A stretch of 64,000 bases of DNA from Octopus vulgaris (lineage: Eukaryota), in contig OX597823.1 in the NCBI GenBank assembly GCA_951406725.2, forward strand, positions 20,274,001 to 20,338,000, given 5' to 3'. How positions within the stretch are numbered: position 1 is the first letter of the stretch; each line of letters begins with the position of its first letter. Made by a program: the position numbers and the translations under genes. Below, in pieces: positions 26,601 through 40,702 of this stretch. The notes beneath the pieces are model-generated. The model worked only from the letters and a program-made list of their open reading frames with translations. It did no database searches and was not told the origin of the DNA.

Positions 26601-26779
26601 ATTCATTGCAGTCCGAAGGTAGGTCAGAAATTGGTATCAGCATTACTCGTATATTGCCACAACGCAACACGCGCTTAAAATTTGCTTAGAGCTGCGTAAA
26701 ATCTTTTCCTTTAGCTAAACTTTTTCGGCACAATTGTAACATTTAACATCCATCTGTTTCTTCGACATAGTTTAGTTAT

Positions 26780-27110
26780 AGGCGCATGGATCAGTGGTTA
26801 GAGCGTCGAGCTTACCATCATGAGGTTGTGAGTTCGAATCCCGGACCGGGCTGCGTGTTGTGTTCTTAAGCAAGACACTTTATTTCACGTTGCTTCAATT
26901 CACTCAGCAGTAGAAATGAGTTTCTACGTCACAGGCGCCATGCTGTATTGGCTTTTGCTTTGTCCCTTGGATAACACTGGTGGCGCGGAGAGGGAAGGCT
27001 GGTATGCATGGGCGACTGCTGGTCTTCCATAAACAACTTTGCCCGAACTTGTGCCTGAGAGGGTAACTTTCTAGGTGCAATCCCACGCTCAGTCTCAGAA
27101 GGGGGTCTCA
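26780..27110 (+). mobile_element. SINE family D (tRNA head, ttaagcaagacacttt domain, distinct tail)
   Basis: A/B-box-like tggatcagtggtt and gagttcgaatcc; tail shared with 1425-1591. Confidence 0.85.
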
Positions 27111-27319
27111 ATATTTCTTATTTCATCAACGGTCGAATATTTTGAAACAGTCTCCAATCTTTTTCTTATGTTATGTAAATCAACCATGGCGTCTTAGTCT
27201 TCTCATGTTGCAATTGGTTAAAGTTTTCTGGCATAAGTCCTTCTTTCCCATTCTACTTCTATCTGTAATCACTGATCTGTAGCTTCCTGTGCCCACGAAG
27301 CAGCCGATATTCTAAAGCT

Positions 27320-27544
27320 AATTTGTCGTTCTTCTAATATTGACTAGTCAGTTTCTTCGCTCCTTCGTAAAACACGTGCTTTCACAGGCGGACTTCGTCA
27401 TAGTGTGTCACCATAACACTTTTGTGATTGTAAAAATATTCAAAGAAATGTCAGAAGCTGGAAATACAGAAGAATTTTGACTGTTATTTCCAGCAGGTAA
27501 ACATACTTACTGTGTCCTTTGATTAATTTTAATCCTTCAGCTAT

Positions 27545-27586
<42 letters not shown>

Positions 27587-27728
27587 AGAGAGAGAGAGAG
27601 AGAGTGCGTGTGTACGCGCACTCACACATATATTGTCGACCTCACATTCTTCGTCATAGTGTGTCACCATAACACTTTTGTGATTGTAAAAATATTGAAA
27701 GAAATGTCAAAAGCTGGAAATGCAGAAG
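27320..27728. repeat. Segment duplicated in inverted orientation at 34172-34509, plus an internal direct duplication (~27394-27472 / ~27649-27727)
   Basis: Direct comparison, including a shared (GT)n. Confidence 0.9.
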
Positions 27729-28013
27729 TGCAAATATCAAACGAAATTCGCGAGGAAGACAGTAAATGAAAAGAGAAATGGTGATACTGAAACGTTTAGT
27801 CGAACCATTTAAAAAAAAATTGTGTGAATAATTGCATAAAGCTGACGTGTTAGAGTTGAGAAATGCGACATACGGAATAAAGATGAAAGCTTAACTTCGA
27901 AACGAAGAAGTTGTATGACTGAAAAAGTATAATTCATACGCAAACACACCCACACACACACACCCACACACACGAACACACATATGCAAAAACACATACA
28001 TACATATGTACAC

Positions 28014-28076
<63 letters not shown>

Positions 28077-28382
28077 CACATACACATACATAACCGTGCT
28101 AGACATGTGTGTAAAACGTTCATTTCGTAAATAACTGATGCGGTATGTTGAGCATTTAAGGGGCAGCCAAAATAAATATTTGGTGTGATGGGTAAGCAAT
28201 TGCAAAGCTAAAAACACTTGTTTGTTTGGAGAGTATAAGAAAACTTGAAACAGAATTGTAAATATGAAAGGAGAAATACAACTGGGATATTTCTCAAAAC
28301 ATCATATAAAATATATTAAATTGCTCTAGACTTAAAAGCGATAAAACATAATATAGCATTATATGTATACACACAAATGCAG

Positions 28383-28435
<53 letters not shown>

Positions 28436-28554
28436 TACACACATACGTATATATGTTACACACGCAAATACAGGCACACACATTCACACATTTATAAACA
28501 TACACACGCTCATATATACATATTCACATACATGTGTACATATATGTGCGTGAA

Positions 28555-28596
<42 letters not shown>

Positions 28597-28827
28597 TGTG
28601 TGTGTAATTATATATGATTGTATATATACAACACACAACTTGTGCATAAGATGCTGAAAGGAAATATTAAAAACGCCAGACCGGCAAATAAGAAAGTGAA
28701 AAAAAAAATGCTATTAAAAGTTGAACAAAAACTTAAAACTGCAAAGCGTAAATATGGAAGAAATATTTAAAAAAGTATAATATCGGTATTGCCACACTCC
28801 ATAGACAAAAAACAAGCTACAGACAAA

Positions 28828-28899
<72 letters not shown>

Positions 28900-28939
28900 G
28901 ATATATATACATACATATCTATAGGTCTGTTTGTATCTC

Positions 28940-29360
28940 TTTACTCTTACTCTTTTACTCTTTTACTTGTTTCAGTCATTTGACTGCGGCCATGCTGGAG
29001 CACCGCCTTTAGTCGAGCAAATCGACCCCGGGACTTATTTTTTCTAAGTCCAGTACTTATTCTATCAGTCTCTTTTGCCGAATCGCTAAGTGACGGGGAC
29101 GTAAACACACCAGCATCGGTTGTCAAGCAATGCTAGGGGGACAAACACAGACACACAAACACACACACATACATATATATATATATACATATATACGACA
29201 GGCTTCTTTCAGTTTCCGTCTACCAAATCCACTCACAAGGCATTGGTCGACCCGGGGCTATAGCAGAAGACACTTGCCCAAGATGCCACGCAGTGGGACT
29301 GAACCTGGAACCATGTGGTTGTTTAGTAAGCTACTTACCACACAGCCACTCCTGCGCCTA
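28940..29360 (-). mobile_element. SINE family B
   Basis: Reverse complement of 5548-5952. Confidence 0.95.
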
Positions 29361-29831
29361 TCTGGGTGTATAAATATAAGAAAGTTAGGGCAACCTAGAT
29401 CTTTGTCTCAGGAAAGTGTTGATATTCTGTGCTGCATTTTTCCTTTTGCCCAGAGAACTTAGGGGCCCAAATAATAACGAGGTTTCAAAAAACATACTCG
29501 CACATATTTATAGTTACATCTACGCATACAGGCACGAAATCCTCGGATTGGTGCACACAAACACACCACTACGTGTGTTTATTTCAGGGTGGAAATATCG
29601 TGGGTCTACATGTGTACATGCATTTAAAAATGTCTACATTGAAAGTAAATTCTTTTAACTGTACATCATGTGTTTGCAGAGAGGAAAAATGGCGTCAGAT
29701 TAGTAACTGTTCTGCGTTGGGAGTTCAGCAGCGATTGAATGTTCTCTGTAACTGCCCACAGAGAAATTATTTACAAACCCTTGATTACTATCGGCTCAAA
29801 TAAAACTGATAGACCAATCTTCATAGTATAG

Positions 29832-30216
29832 TGGAAGCACTCCGCCGGTTACGACGATGAGGGTTCTGGTTGATCCGAATCAACGGAGCAGCTTGCTCGT
29901 GAAATTAACGTGTAAGTGGCTGAGCACTCCACAGACACGTGTACCCTTAACGTAGTTCTCGGGGATATTCAGCGTGACACAGAGAGTGACAAGGCCGGCC
30001 CTTTGAAATACAGGTACAACAGAAACAGGAAGTAAGAGTGAGAGAAAGTTGTGGTGAAAGAGTACAGCAGGGATCACCACCATCCCCCTGCCGGAGTCTC
30101 GTGGAGCTTTATGTGTTTTCACTCAACAAACACTCACAATACCCGGTCTGGGAATCGAAACCGCGATCCTATGACCGCGAGTCCGCTGCCCTAACCAGTG
30201 GGCCATTGTGCCTCCA
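29832..30216 (-). mobile_element. SINE family A with TSD cttcatagtat
   Basis: Matches other family A copies. Confidence 0.95.
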
Positions 30217-31337
30217 CCTTCATAGTATGATGCATCAATGGCAGCTAGATTAGTTTACAGTGTTTTGTTTCGAAGCTATTATGTGCTATAGACTATTTCT
30301 TTAGACTTTAGTCAACGGTGAATTCCTTGCCTTTATATTTGTTGTGTTTGGAGGAATGGGCAATACTCATGACATTGGGGTTTAAGGAACTTATTGTCGT
30401 CAATGTTCTATTTAAACTGTTATAGGTCAACACCAGGAGGAAAGAAATTAAAGAAATGGTCAGGGAGAAGACTCCGCGTAATAAAGTTATATAACTACGT
30501 TGTCTTCATAAATAATATCTTCGTGGATAGAATCAAAAACGCAGCTGGACTAGCTTCGATGCTGGGTTAAGATTTCGTCCACATGTGAATACTCTTTTTA
30601 ACTCTCCATAGAGACACTACTTACAAAACCACCATTACAAAAGACTTAGGTAAATCCGATGAATAACCAATTTGCATATAATAAAACGTTCTTCGGAGAT
30701 GGTTGTTTTTAACTTTGAAGACAATATAGCATTCTTTCCATTGTATATTCTTTCTCATATTATATTGCATGAATACAGTATCTTTCCTGGTACTTCACTT
30801 TTTTTAAAAATTTAAATTCTAATACATTATTCTTCTTAATCTACAGACTTTCTAATCTTTATTCTCCATAATCTTTATTCTTTCCGATTGATTTTCAGTT
30901 TTTCGCCAAAATTTATCTTTTCAGTTTGAAGAATTATTTATGAAGCGATTTCAAAAAAGAGATTAACTTCTCTTGGGAAATTACAAAACCAAAAACGAAT
31001 GTAAAAAACTTGATTGCGTTTCATACAGGAGTTATTGTTTCAAAGAAATCCTCAATACAATGAAATCTACTAGATTTGTACGGATACGAACATTTTCAAG
31101 TTGGTCCTTTTCATTAAGTTTGACTTGAGACGGATTTTATAAGTATGATCTAAGTTCAATATTAACCCTGTTTATGAAATGGGCATCAATAACAAATTAC
31201 TGGTACTCATTCTAACTCACCTGCACAAATTGAACTCATGCGATGCAAGAAGGTGACTTAGAAGTAAGACCTTTTGACTCGCACCACCGGTCCTGTTGCT
31301 CACCATTTCAGTGGCAGTATGAACGGCGATGATGATA

Positions 31338-31400
<63 letters not shown>

Positions 31401-31401
31401 C

Positions 31402-31439
<38 letters not shown>

Positions 31440-31486
31440 CTTGTTGTGGTGATTATGAAGATAAAGATACTGATGCAATTAGCTGA

Positions 31487-31690
31487 CAGATCCGTTAGAA
31501 GGCCGGAAAAAATGGTTAGTGGCATTTCGTCCGTCTATACGTTCTCAGTTCAAAATCAACCCGGGTCGACTTTATCTTTTATCCCTTCGGAGTCGATGAA
31601 ACAAATACCAGTTGTGTACTGGGGTTGATCTAATCGACTTCTCATTTCTTTCGAAATTGATGTCCTTTTACCAAAATTTGAAACCATCAT
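31487..31690 (+). mobile_element. SINE family C, diverged
   Basis: gggtcgactttatcttttatcccttcggagtcgatg core. Confidence 0.75.
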
Positions 31691-31702
31691 TATTATTATT
31701 TG

Positions 31703-32032
31703 ATGAAAAGTCTCCGCTTATTTTGCTGGGTATGATGGAAAGTGTCAGATGCCCCACAGCCAGCAAGCCAAGGTAATACTTGTTTACTGGTCATGCTTCA
31801 AGAACCCTGCAAATAACTCTTGTAGTTCCAAGCAATGATGATTTTTGTAGGTCTTCTATCTTTACATTTGTACCAATCTTTTTGAGCCAATGTTGGTAGC
31901 TGGGTGCTGATACTTCCAAGTTCGTTCTTCCCTCTCTTCGATCCTGTTGTCACTGGGACATGCTATGTCGATTACCATATCTTTTTTGTTCATCACAACA
32001 ATGTTAGGCTTCTAGTGTCTGATCAGATGTTC
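31703..32032 (-). mobile_element. R4/Dong-clade non-LTR retrotransposon 3' end (RLE domain, internally deleted) in (TAA)n
   Basis: KPNIVVMNKK..MVIDIACPSDNRIEEREE, then WLKKIGTNVKIEDLQKSSLLGTTRVICRVLEA*; TAA runs on both sides. Confidence 0.8.
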
Positions 32033-32044
32033 GTTATTATTATT

Positions 32045-32111
<67 letters not shown>

Positions 32112-32462
32112 TTGTTGTTGTTGTTGATTTGACTCAGGTTCGTTCTTATTCCTCGTAGAATTTATATGGGTAACGCGTAACCTTAGGTATCCAAAAGCTT
32201 TCAGTAGTCTTTCTATTGCTTAAAACCCTTCTGATAATCTATCTTGTTTCTAAGGGGCAAACTTTCTGTAGAAACTCTACAGGAATTCTTTTCCAATCTC
32301 CTTAAACAGTTTGTCTATATCTTTACTCACAGTTCCCATTTCACCAATTATTATAGGCACAACCTTTGCTGTTTTCATATTCTAGCAATTTCAAATTTTA
32401 CTATTATTATTATTATAATTATTATTAATATTATTGAGAGAGAGAGAGAGAGTGAGAGAGAG

Positions 32463-32770
32463 AGAGAGCAGTGCATGCCATCAAAATGACACTGGGGTAA
32501 AATATACGAAACCCAGTATACCCATCATGACTACCCGTCTGTTAAGGGTACACTAGGCACATGTATCACAACCATATGTGCGTGACATGGAGATCTCATA
32601 TCAAGATAAACAGCGCATGACCTTGCAGGTGGGGCCCAGTTGGAATTTTCTTCTGGTCGAGTAGCCCATTCCGCTCAAAAGGTCCCTGAATAGGGGTTGT
32701 TTAAGGATGTTGAACAAAACATCCATGTTTCCAGAGGTGAATTATTCAAACCCCAAAGAACTCCTCTCAA
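32463..32770 (-). mobile_element. Partial copy of the 7972-8530 element
   Basis: Reverse complement of ~8215-8525. Confidence 0.85.
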
Positions 32771-32858
32771 CTAAATTAAGTATCAGTTGTGCACTGGGAT
32801 CGATGTAACCAACTTAGCTTCTACCAGAACTTGCTGACCTTCTGTCAAAATATGAAAC

Positions 32859-32925
<67 letters not shown>

Positions 32926-33067
32926 TTGATTCATTTAACTTCTCAGTTATCTGTGTCTATGTTGCCTCTCACCTCTATCCTGCAGCTTAGAGACGCAGCA
33001 CTTTCCTCAACATATGAGCTATTCCAAATATTGCTATCATCTGAATACTTTCTAAGAAGTTCGATAT

Positions 33068-33274
33068 ACTCTTTTACTCTTTTACTTGTTTCAGTCATTT
33101 CACTCCAGCCATGCTGAAGCACCGCCTTTAGTCGAGCAAATCGACCCCAGGACTTATTCTTTGTAAGCCTAGTACTTATTCTATCGGTCCCTTTTGCTGA
33201 ACCGCTAAGTCACGGGGACGTAAACACACCAGCATCGGTTGTCAAGCGATGTTGGGGGGACAAACACAGACACA

Positions 33275-33352
<78 letters not shown>

Positions 33353-33517
33353 CGACGGGCTTCTTTCAGTTTCCGTCTACCAAATCCACTCACAACGCTT
33401 TGGTTGTCTCGAGGATATAGTAGAAGACACTTGCCCAAGGTGCCACACAGCGGGACTGATACCGGAACCATATGGTCAGTAAGCAAGATACTTACCACAT
33501 AGCCACTCCTGCGCCTA
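33068..33517 (-). mobile_element. SINE family B
   Basis: Matches the other copies. Confidence 0.95.
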
Positions 33518-33835
33518 TCTGCGGTATCTGTAGCTTTTGATGCCAGAGTATGAGGGAAACCGGTATTTTACCATTTTTGTGGCTTATCATCATCACGCAC
33601 CAGAATCGAAACGGGAGCAAACTGTATTGCCAGGCTATGAGTATGTGCGGTGGATAATGTCTACGACACTAGAGCTGTTTTTAATGCATCGACTCCGAAA
33701 GGATGAAAGGCAACGGTGACCTCGGCGGAATTTGGACTCAAAGACATTAACCATTTTGCCCGGCGTCCTAACGATTCTGCTAGCTCTTTTCTACTCTAGG
33801 CACAAGGCCTGAAATTGGTAATAATAATAATAATG

Positions 33836-33909
<74 letters not shown>

Positions 33910-34210
33910 TAAAAATGGTCTTTACACTATTTCTACATAGTCAAAGACAGGCGATTCAGTTCGTCTCGAGTTCAAATCATGTATATGATGTTGATAAGCT
34001 ACAAAAATGGCGAAATTTCGGTATCCCTTACCCCTGAATGTGATAACAAGTGAGTTATCTCATCTGTCTATGACTTTGACTTTCAGGTGTTTATAATACC
34101 AAGTGCTATGAGGGAATCGCCCCCAGAGCGCTGTACCACAGCGAGCTGGCGAACAAGCAAAATATATATTGAGAATGTGAGGTCGACAATATATGTGTGA
34201 GTGCGCGCAC

Positions 34211-34261
<51 letters not shown>

Positions 34262-34589
34262 ATAGCTGAAGGATTAAAATTAATCAAAGGACATAGTAAG
34301 TATGTTTACTTGCTGGAAATAACAGTCAAAATTCTTCTGTATTTCCAGCTTCTGACATTTCTTTGAATATTTTTTTACAATCACAACAGTGTTATGGTGT
34401 CACACTATGACGATGTCCGCCTGTGAAAGCACGTGTTTTACGATGGAGCGAAGACTTCTTCATCAGAGCTTAGAAACTGACTAATCAATATTAGAACAAC
34501 GACAAAATTGTTACACTAGATAATAACAGAGTTAATGACATCTTCGCGAATTAAGTTCTCGTGAATTATTTGCTCCGTTTAGATATTGA

Positions 34590-34980
34590 CAGGCGCAGGT
34601 GTGGCTGTATGGTAAGTAGGTTGCTTACCAACGACAGTCCCACTGCGTGGCACCTTGGGCAAGAGTCTTCTACTATAGCGTCAGGCCGACCAAAGCCTTG
34701 TGAGAGGATTTGGTAGAGGGAAACTGAAAGAAGCCAGTCGTATATATGTTAATATATATGCGTGTATGTGTGTGTGTGTGTGTGTCTGCGTTTGCCCCCC
34801 CCCCATCGCTTAACAACCGATATTGGCGTGTTTACTTAGCTGCTCGTCAATAGGTACCGATAGGATAAGTACTAGGCTTACAAAGAATAAATCCTGGGGT
34901 CGATTTGTTCGACTAAAGGCGGGTCTCCGGAATTGCCGCAGTCAAACGGCCGAAACAAACAAAAGAAAAAAAAAAAGAAT
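34590..34980 (+). mobile_element. SINE family B, diverged
   Basis: Matches the other copies with small deletions. Confidence 0.85.
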
Positions 34981-35044
34981 ATAAGAACTGTGCCCCACCA
35001 TGGCCGCGGCCTTCGGGCTAAAAGATTTTAAAGGATTTTTAAGG

Positions 35045-35088
<44 letters not shown>

Positions 35089-35767
35089 TATATATGTATA
35101 TGTGTGTGTGTCTATATATATGTATACATATATCTATCGTTCGAGTCGTTATTTATTAAATCTGGACGGTTAGCTTTGGTAGGCATGTTCCAGATAACAG
35201 AGTAGCCAAGATATAGTACTGTACCGTGTTATGTACTTTGTACACATTTATACAAATTATTGTCCGTTTTCACATCGCAGTGCTGGCTTATTGCCCAGTG
35301 AACATAGCTGACGTCTGAATCATGTCTATGAATACACTCAAGCTTGGCAAAGACTAGATAACTGGAGATGGTGCGGTCAACAATATTATTATGCGGATTG
35401 CGTTGTCTACACATAATGCGAACATCTTTTCATTATTATATTTCTGTAGTTCTTTATGACAAAGGTCTAGTGTTACGCTGCTAAAATCAAACCTTCTGTT
35501 TCTACTTTTAGTCCAGAGCTCTCGAGCTATTGTCGGATTTCACTGTGGTCTACTTCCGCTCTGTCGATTCTCGCAGGATATTGCTTACGGAGTGTTTTTT
35601 TTTTTCCTCTATCTCCAGTTTTCTTTCGGCATACCTTGGAATTCCGTTTTGGCTTTCGGATTTTCATATTTTTATTAATTTTTCTGTTGTTTTGTTTTCA
35701 TGTACATCTCTTTCTTCAATGTAGTTAGTTTCCAGTTAGTGCTTTTATATTTTCTTGCAAATAAATT

Positions 35768-36017
35768 GTTTCTTCTTCTTCTTCTTCTTCTTCTTCTTCT
35801 TCTTCTTCTTCTTCTTCTTCTTCTTCTTCTTCTTCTCCTTCTCTCCTCCTCCTCCTCCTCCTCCTCCTCCTCCTCCTCCACCACCCCCACCCCCACCCCC
35901 CCCCCCCCCACCCCCACCACCACCACCACCACCACCACCACCACCACCACCACCACCACCACCACCACCACCACCACCACCACCACCACCACCACCACCA
36001 CCACCACCACCACCACC

Positions 36018-36085
<68 letters not shown>
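35768..36085. repeat. Graded trinucleotide array (TTC)n-(CTC)n-(CAC)n-(CTA)n
   Basis: Direct inspection. Confidence 0.95.
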
Positions 36086-36087
<2 letters not shown>

Positions 36088-36164
36088 TCTATCTATCTAT
36101 TATTTAATTAATTTATACTACTAGAACAACAACAACAACGACCACAACTATTACTACTTCTAAT

Positions 36165-37333
36165 CTTTTCTACTCTAGGCACAAGGCACGAAATTTGGAG
36201 GGAGGCGGGCAGTCGATCAGATCGTCCCCAGTACGCAACTGTTACTTAATTTATCGACACAGAAAGGAAGAAATACAGAGTCAACCTTGGCGGAATTTGA
36301 ACTCAGAATGTAAAGACAGACAAAATACTGCTAAGTATTTCGCCTGGTGTGCTAACGTTTCTTATTTCTTTTTCTTTATTGCCCACAAGGGGCTAAACAT
36401 AGAGGGGACAAACAAGGACATACAAAGGGATTAAGTCGATTACATTGAACTCAGTGCCAACTTGTACGTATTTGATTGACCCCGAAGGTATGAAAGGTAC
36501 AGTCGACTTCGGCGGAATTTGAATTGAGAATGTATAAACGGACGAAATGCCGCTGAGCATTTTATCCGGCGTGTTAACGATTCTGCCAACTAACCCTAAT
36601 AATGTTAGCAACAACTACAACAATAATAATAACAATAATAATTAGTGGTTCCAAATTTTTGATGCCAGGCCAGCAGGTTTTGAGGGGAGGGGGAAGTCGA
36701 TTATGTCAACTCCAGTACTTGACCAATGTTTAGTTTATCGATCTTAAAACTATGAAAGACGAGGTCGACCTCGGTGGCCTTCGAACGCAGAACGTAAAGA
36801 CAGACGAAATGCCGCTAAGAATTTTATCCGGCATGCTAACCTACCTCCCAGATCGCCGCCAAACAGCAATAACATCAACCGTAATAATCCTTTCAACTAA
36901 AGGCACAAGGTCTGAAATTTGGGGGAGAGGAGGTTAGTCGATTATATCGACCCAAGTGTATAACGGGTACTTATTTCATCGACCATGAAAGGTATGAAAG
37001 TCAAAGTCGACCCCAGCGGAATTTGAACACAGAATATAAAGACGGACGAAATACCGCCAAGCATTATTGCCGGCGAGCCAACCATTCTGGCAGCTCACCG
37101 CCTTGAACAATAACAGCAGCAGCAGCATGTCGTTCAAGAATTTTTGACCTGGAGATCTCCATTTCCAGCGACTTCGAGGGCCACCTCCCAGTGGTGTCGG
37201 GAGTCAACGAAGAGCCCTCAACTACAACAAGGCGACCGAAGTTTTTTTTCCAGGGTCTGGGGTCTCCCGTCCCTAAGCCCTAGACCATCACCTAATCACC
37301 CTTACCCGTCTTGTTGCTTAACAACAACAACTA

Positions 37334-37374
<41 letters not shown>

Positions 37375-37955
37375 ATTCTTATCCTTTCAACTAAAGGAAC
37401 AAGGTTCGAAGTTTTGGTGGAGGGGTAAGTCGCTGACATCGACCTCAGTACTCAACTGGTACTTAATTTATCGACCCCGAAAGGATGAAGGGCAAAGCCA
37501 ACCTCGGCGGAATTTGAACTCAGAACGTAACGATGAACGAAATGCCGGTAAGCATTTTGCCTGGCGTACTAACGTTTCTGCTAGCTCACCGCCTTAACAA
37601 CAACAACAACAATGATACAGATTATCCTTTCTACTAAATGTACAAGACCTGAAATTTTGGGGGAAGGGGTAGGTCGATTACAACGACCCCAGCTCTCAAC
37701 TGGTACTTAATTCATCGACCCCGAAAAGACGAAGGGCAAAGTCGACCTCGGTGGAATTTGAACTCAGAACTCAGAAGAACATCGATAACAATAATAATAA
37801 TGGTTTCACAATTAGGTACAAGGCCAGCAATTTCCGAGTATGTGCTCAACTGGTGCTTATTTTTTTTATCGAATGTGAAAGGATGAAAGGCAAAGTCGAC
37901 TCATCCAGTCGTGCCTTTCATCCAGGCGTACTAACGATTCCAGCAGCTCACCCGT
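36165..37955 (-). mobile_element. Cluster of about seven co-oriented family C SINEs separated by (CAA)/(TAA) runs
   Basis: Repeated gatgaaaggcaaagtcgacctcggcggaatttgaactc-like cores near 36270, 36490, 36760, 37000, 37490, 37730 and 37880. Confidence 0.85.
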
Positions 37956-38190
37956 GGATTGACAGAATCATTAAAATGTCGAGAAAGTACTTTGCGTTAT
38001 TTCTTTCGGCTGTTTACGTCCTAAATCAAAGGAAGTCGAGGCTGATGAAATAAATTACTAGTTACGTACTGAATCCAACAGCGTTTCTTGAAAACTCGCC
38101 ACACATTTCATGCCTTGTGCATATGCTAATATCAAATAATTTCAGTAGTCTTAATTCCATTGCTGCTTTGACTGTAACTACTGAACACAA

Positions 38191-38565
38191 CTCTGTCGGT
38201 TATGACGACGAGGGTTCCGGTTGATCCGATCAACGGAACAGCCTGCTCGTGAAATTAACGTGTAAGTGGCTGAGCACTCCACAGACACGTGTACCCTTAA
38301 CGTAGGTCTCGGGGATATTCAGCGTGACACAGAGAGTGACAAGGCCGGCCCTTTGAAATACAGGTACAACAGAAACAGGAAGTAAGAGTGAGAGAAAGTT
38401 GTGGTGAAAGAGTACAGCAGGGATCACCACCATCCCCTGCTGGAGCCTCGTGGAGCTTTAGGTGTTTTCGCTCAATAAACACTCACAACGCCCGGTCTGG
38501 GAATCGAAACCGTGATCCTACGACCGCGAGTCCGCTGCCCTAACCACTGGGCCATTGCGCCTCCA
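38191..38565 (-). mobile_element. SINE family A with ~26-bp TSD
   Basis: actgtaactactgaacacaactctgt at 38171-38196 and 38568-38593 (partly overlapping the tail). Confidence 0.95.
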
Positions 38566-39744
38566 CAACTGTAACTACTGAACACAACTCTGTGTGACTT
38601 GTATATATAAAGGATTGGATTTTGGTTTTGCTGTTTCTGTTGCATTGAATGTTCTCCAGGCAGTTGCTGTGCGCTGTCCATTAGCGATATTTTCGTGTGT
38701 TGTACATATTTGCATGTCATGGTGATTTTTACTATGTATTTGCATAGTTTTTACTATCCCCGTTGCAGTAATTAATATAATGCAGTTTATTTTTGGTTTC
38801 CACCCTCTCCTTCATACTGTCTCCATTTTCAGAAATGGAATGTGATTATTTGGTTAATTATTCCATTTGTTTGACAGTTACTTAATTATCCGCAGGGACA
38901 AATGCGTCGAGTAGGATGCTTTTCTTTTCCTTGTCATTATTGGTAGCGATATCAAACTCATTAGCCTTAACCTTAATTTTGCGGTCAGACTAAGGTCACT
39001 TTGCCATTATCTGAGAAATCTTGTTGTTGTTGTTGTTGTTGTTGTTCTTCTTCTTGTTCTTGTTCTTGTTCTTGTTCTTCTTCTTCTTCTTCTTCTTCTT
39101 CTTCTTCTTCTTCTTCTTCTTCTTCTTCTTCTTCTTCTTCTTCTTCTTCTCTTGTTGTTGATGTTCTTGTTCTTTTTCTTCACTTGTTGTTGTTGTTCTT
39201 CTTCTGATCCTCCTCCTCCTCTTGTTGTAGTTGTTGATGATGTTCTTGTTTTCCTTGTTCTTCTTCTTTTGTTGTTATTGTTGTTGTTGTTGTTGTTGTT
39301 GTCCTTCTTCTTTTCCGCCTCCTCCTCCTCTTCCTTTTCCTCCTCCTCCTCCTCTTCATCCTCCTCCTTCTTCTTCACTTTTTGTTGTTGTTGTTGTGCT
39401 TCTTCTTCTTCTTCTTCTTCTTCTTCTTCTTCTTCTTCTTCTTCTTCTTCTTCTTCTTCACTGTTGATGAAGTAGATGTCTCTTGCAAGTCGCTCCCCTA
39501 AGCGCGGGATTCGAGAGATAAAATAGAATTTGTTTTTAAAAGTCCTCGCATGCAAGTAACTCACTAATGTTCGGAGTCTCTCCACATAGTGGTTCACTAG
39601 CAAAATAAGTTTTGCGTTTTAATCGTTATTATCGCATCCAACCTAAGTTGGATATCATTCATAACGCCATAGACTGCGGTAAATATTCTGTCCCGTGAAT
39701 ATCCTATGAAGACGAAAAATACTAAAAAGGCACAGATTATATCT

Positions 39745-39976
39745 GTTTCTTTATTGCCCACAAGGGGCTAAACATAGAGGAGACAAACAAGGACAGACAA
39801 ACGGATTAAGTCGATTACATCGACCCCAGTGCGTAACTGGTACTTAATTTATCGACCCCGAAAGGATGAAAGGCAAAGTCGACCTCGGCGGAATTTGAAC
39901 TCAGAACGCAACGACAGACTCAATACCGCTAAGCATTTCGCCCGGTGTGCTAACGTTTCTGCCAGCTCGCCGCCTT
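39745..39976 (-). mobile_element. SINE family C, full length
   Basis: Near-identical to 45257-45486; flanked by cagattatatc repeats. Confidence 0.95.
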
Positions 39977-40649
39977 AAATTATTATATCAGATTATTATA
40001 TCAGATTATATCAGTTGACGAATGACACTGCTGTATCCCGTTATTTCACCGTAAATTGCGGATCATCAGTGACAGGCAACCAAACACCAAATTCCAGATC
40101 GAAAATACTTCTGATTTCAGTATACTTCTCCGTGAACTATTTTCTGCCGATGAGGTCGAACCCAAAACGACGTATTAAGGATGCAAATTTCTTAGCAATG
40201 AAGCTACAGCTTTTGTTGACATTGTGGTAGGTTTTATTGCTCGTGTTGCTATTGTAATTGCACCGATTTTTATTGCCGTTGGTAAATGTCATTTTTGTTG
40301 CTTTTAGATATTCCTAGTCCGGCTACAGCTGTTGTTGTTGGTGTTGTTGTTGTTGTTGTTGTTGTTGTTCTTATTGTTCAGGCTGCAGTTTATAGCTATT
40401 CATTCATTGCAAGTTGATTTGGTTACCGACTCTGAAGCTGTTGTTATTGTTGCTGTTGCTGCTGTTAAGCTTTACCTTAAAATATTGTAAAAATCTTATT
40501 TTTCTGACAGGAATAAAAAAGAGAAGAAAAAAAGAACAAGAATCAAAGGCGGAGCAGAAGTATTTTATGAGTTATTGAGCATTTTTACCTCGCAAATTGC
40601 TTATATTTGTCACATAATATATTTCACCTTCGCGAGAAATTGTTTGACA

Positions 40650-40702
<53 letters not shown>

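Noticed and set aside
34425-34470. CUGAUGA on the minus strand followed by AAAAC-ACGU-GCU
   Set aside because: No GAAA and no stem I pairing; the core is deleted in the paralogous copy
40025-40075. CUGAUGA-uccg..cggu-GAAA on the minus strand
   Set aside because: Stem I cannot form next to the core and stem III is not palindromic; probably chance
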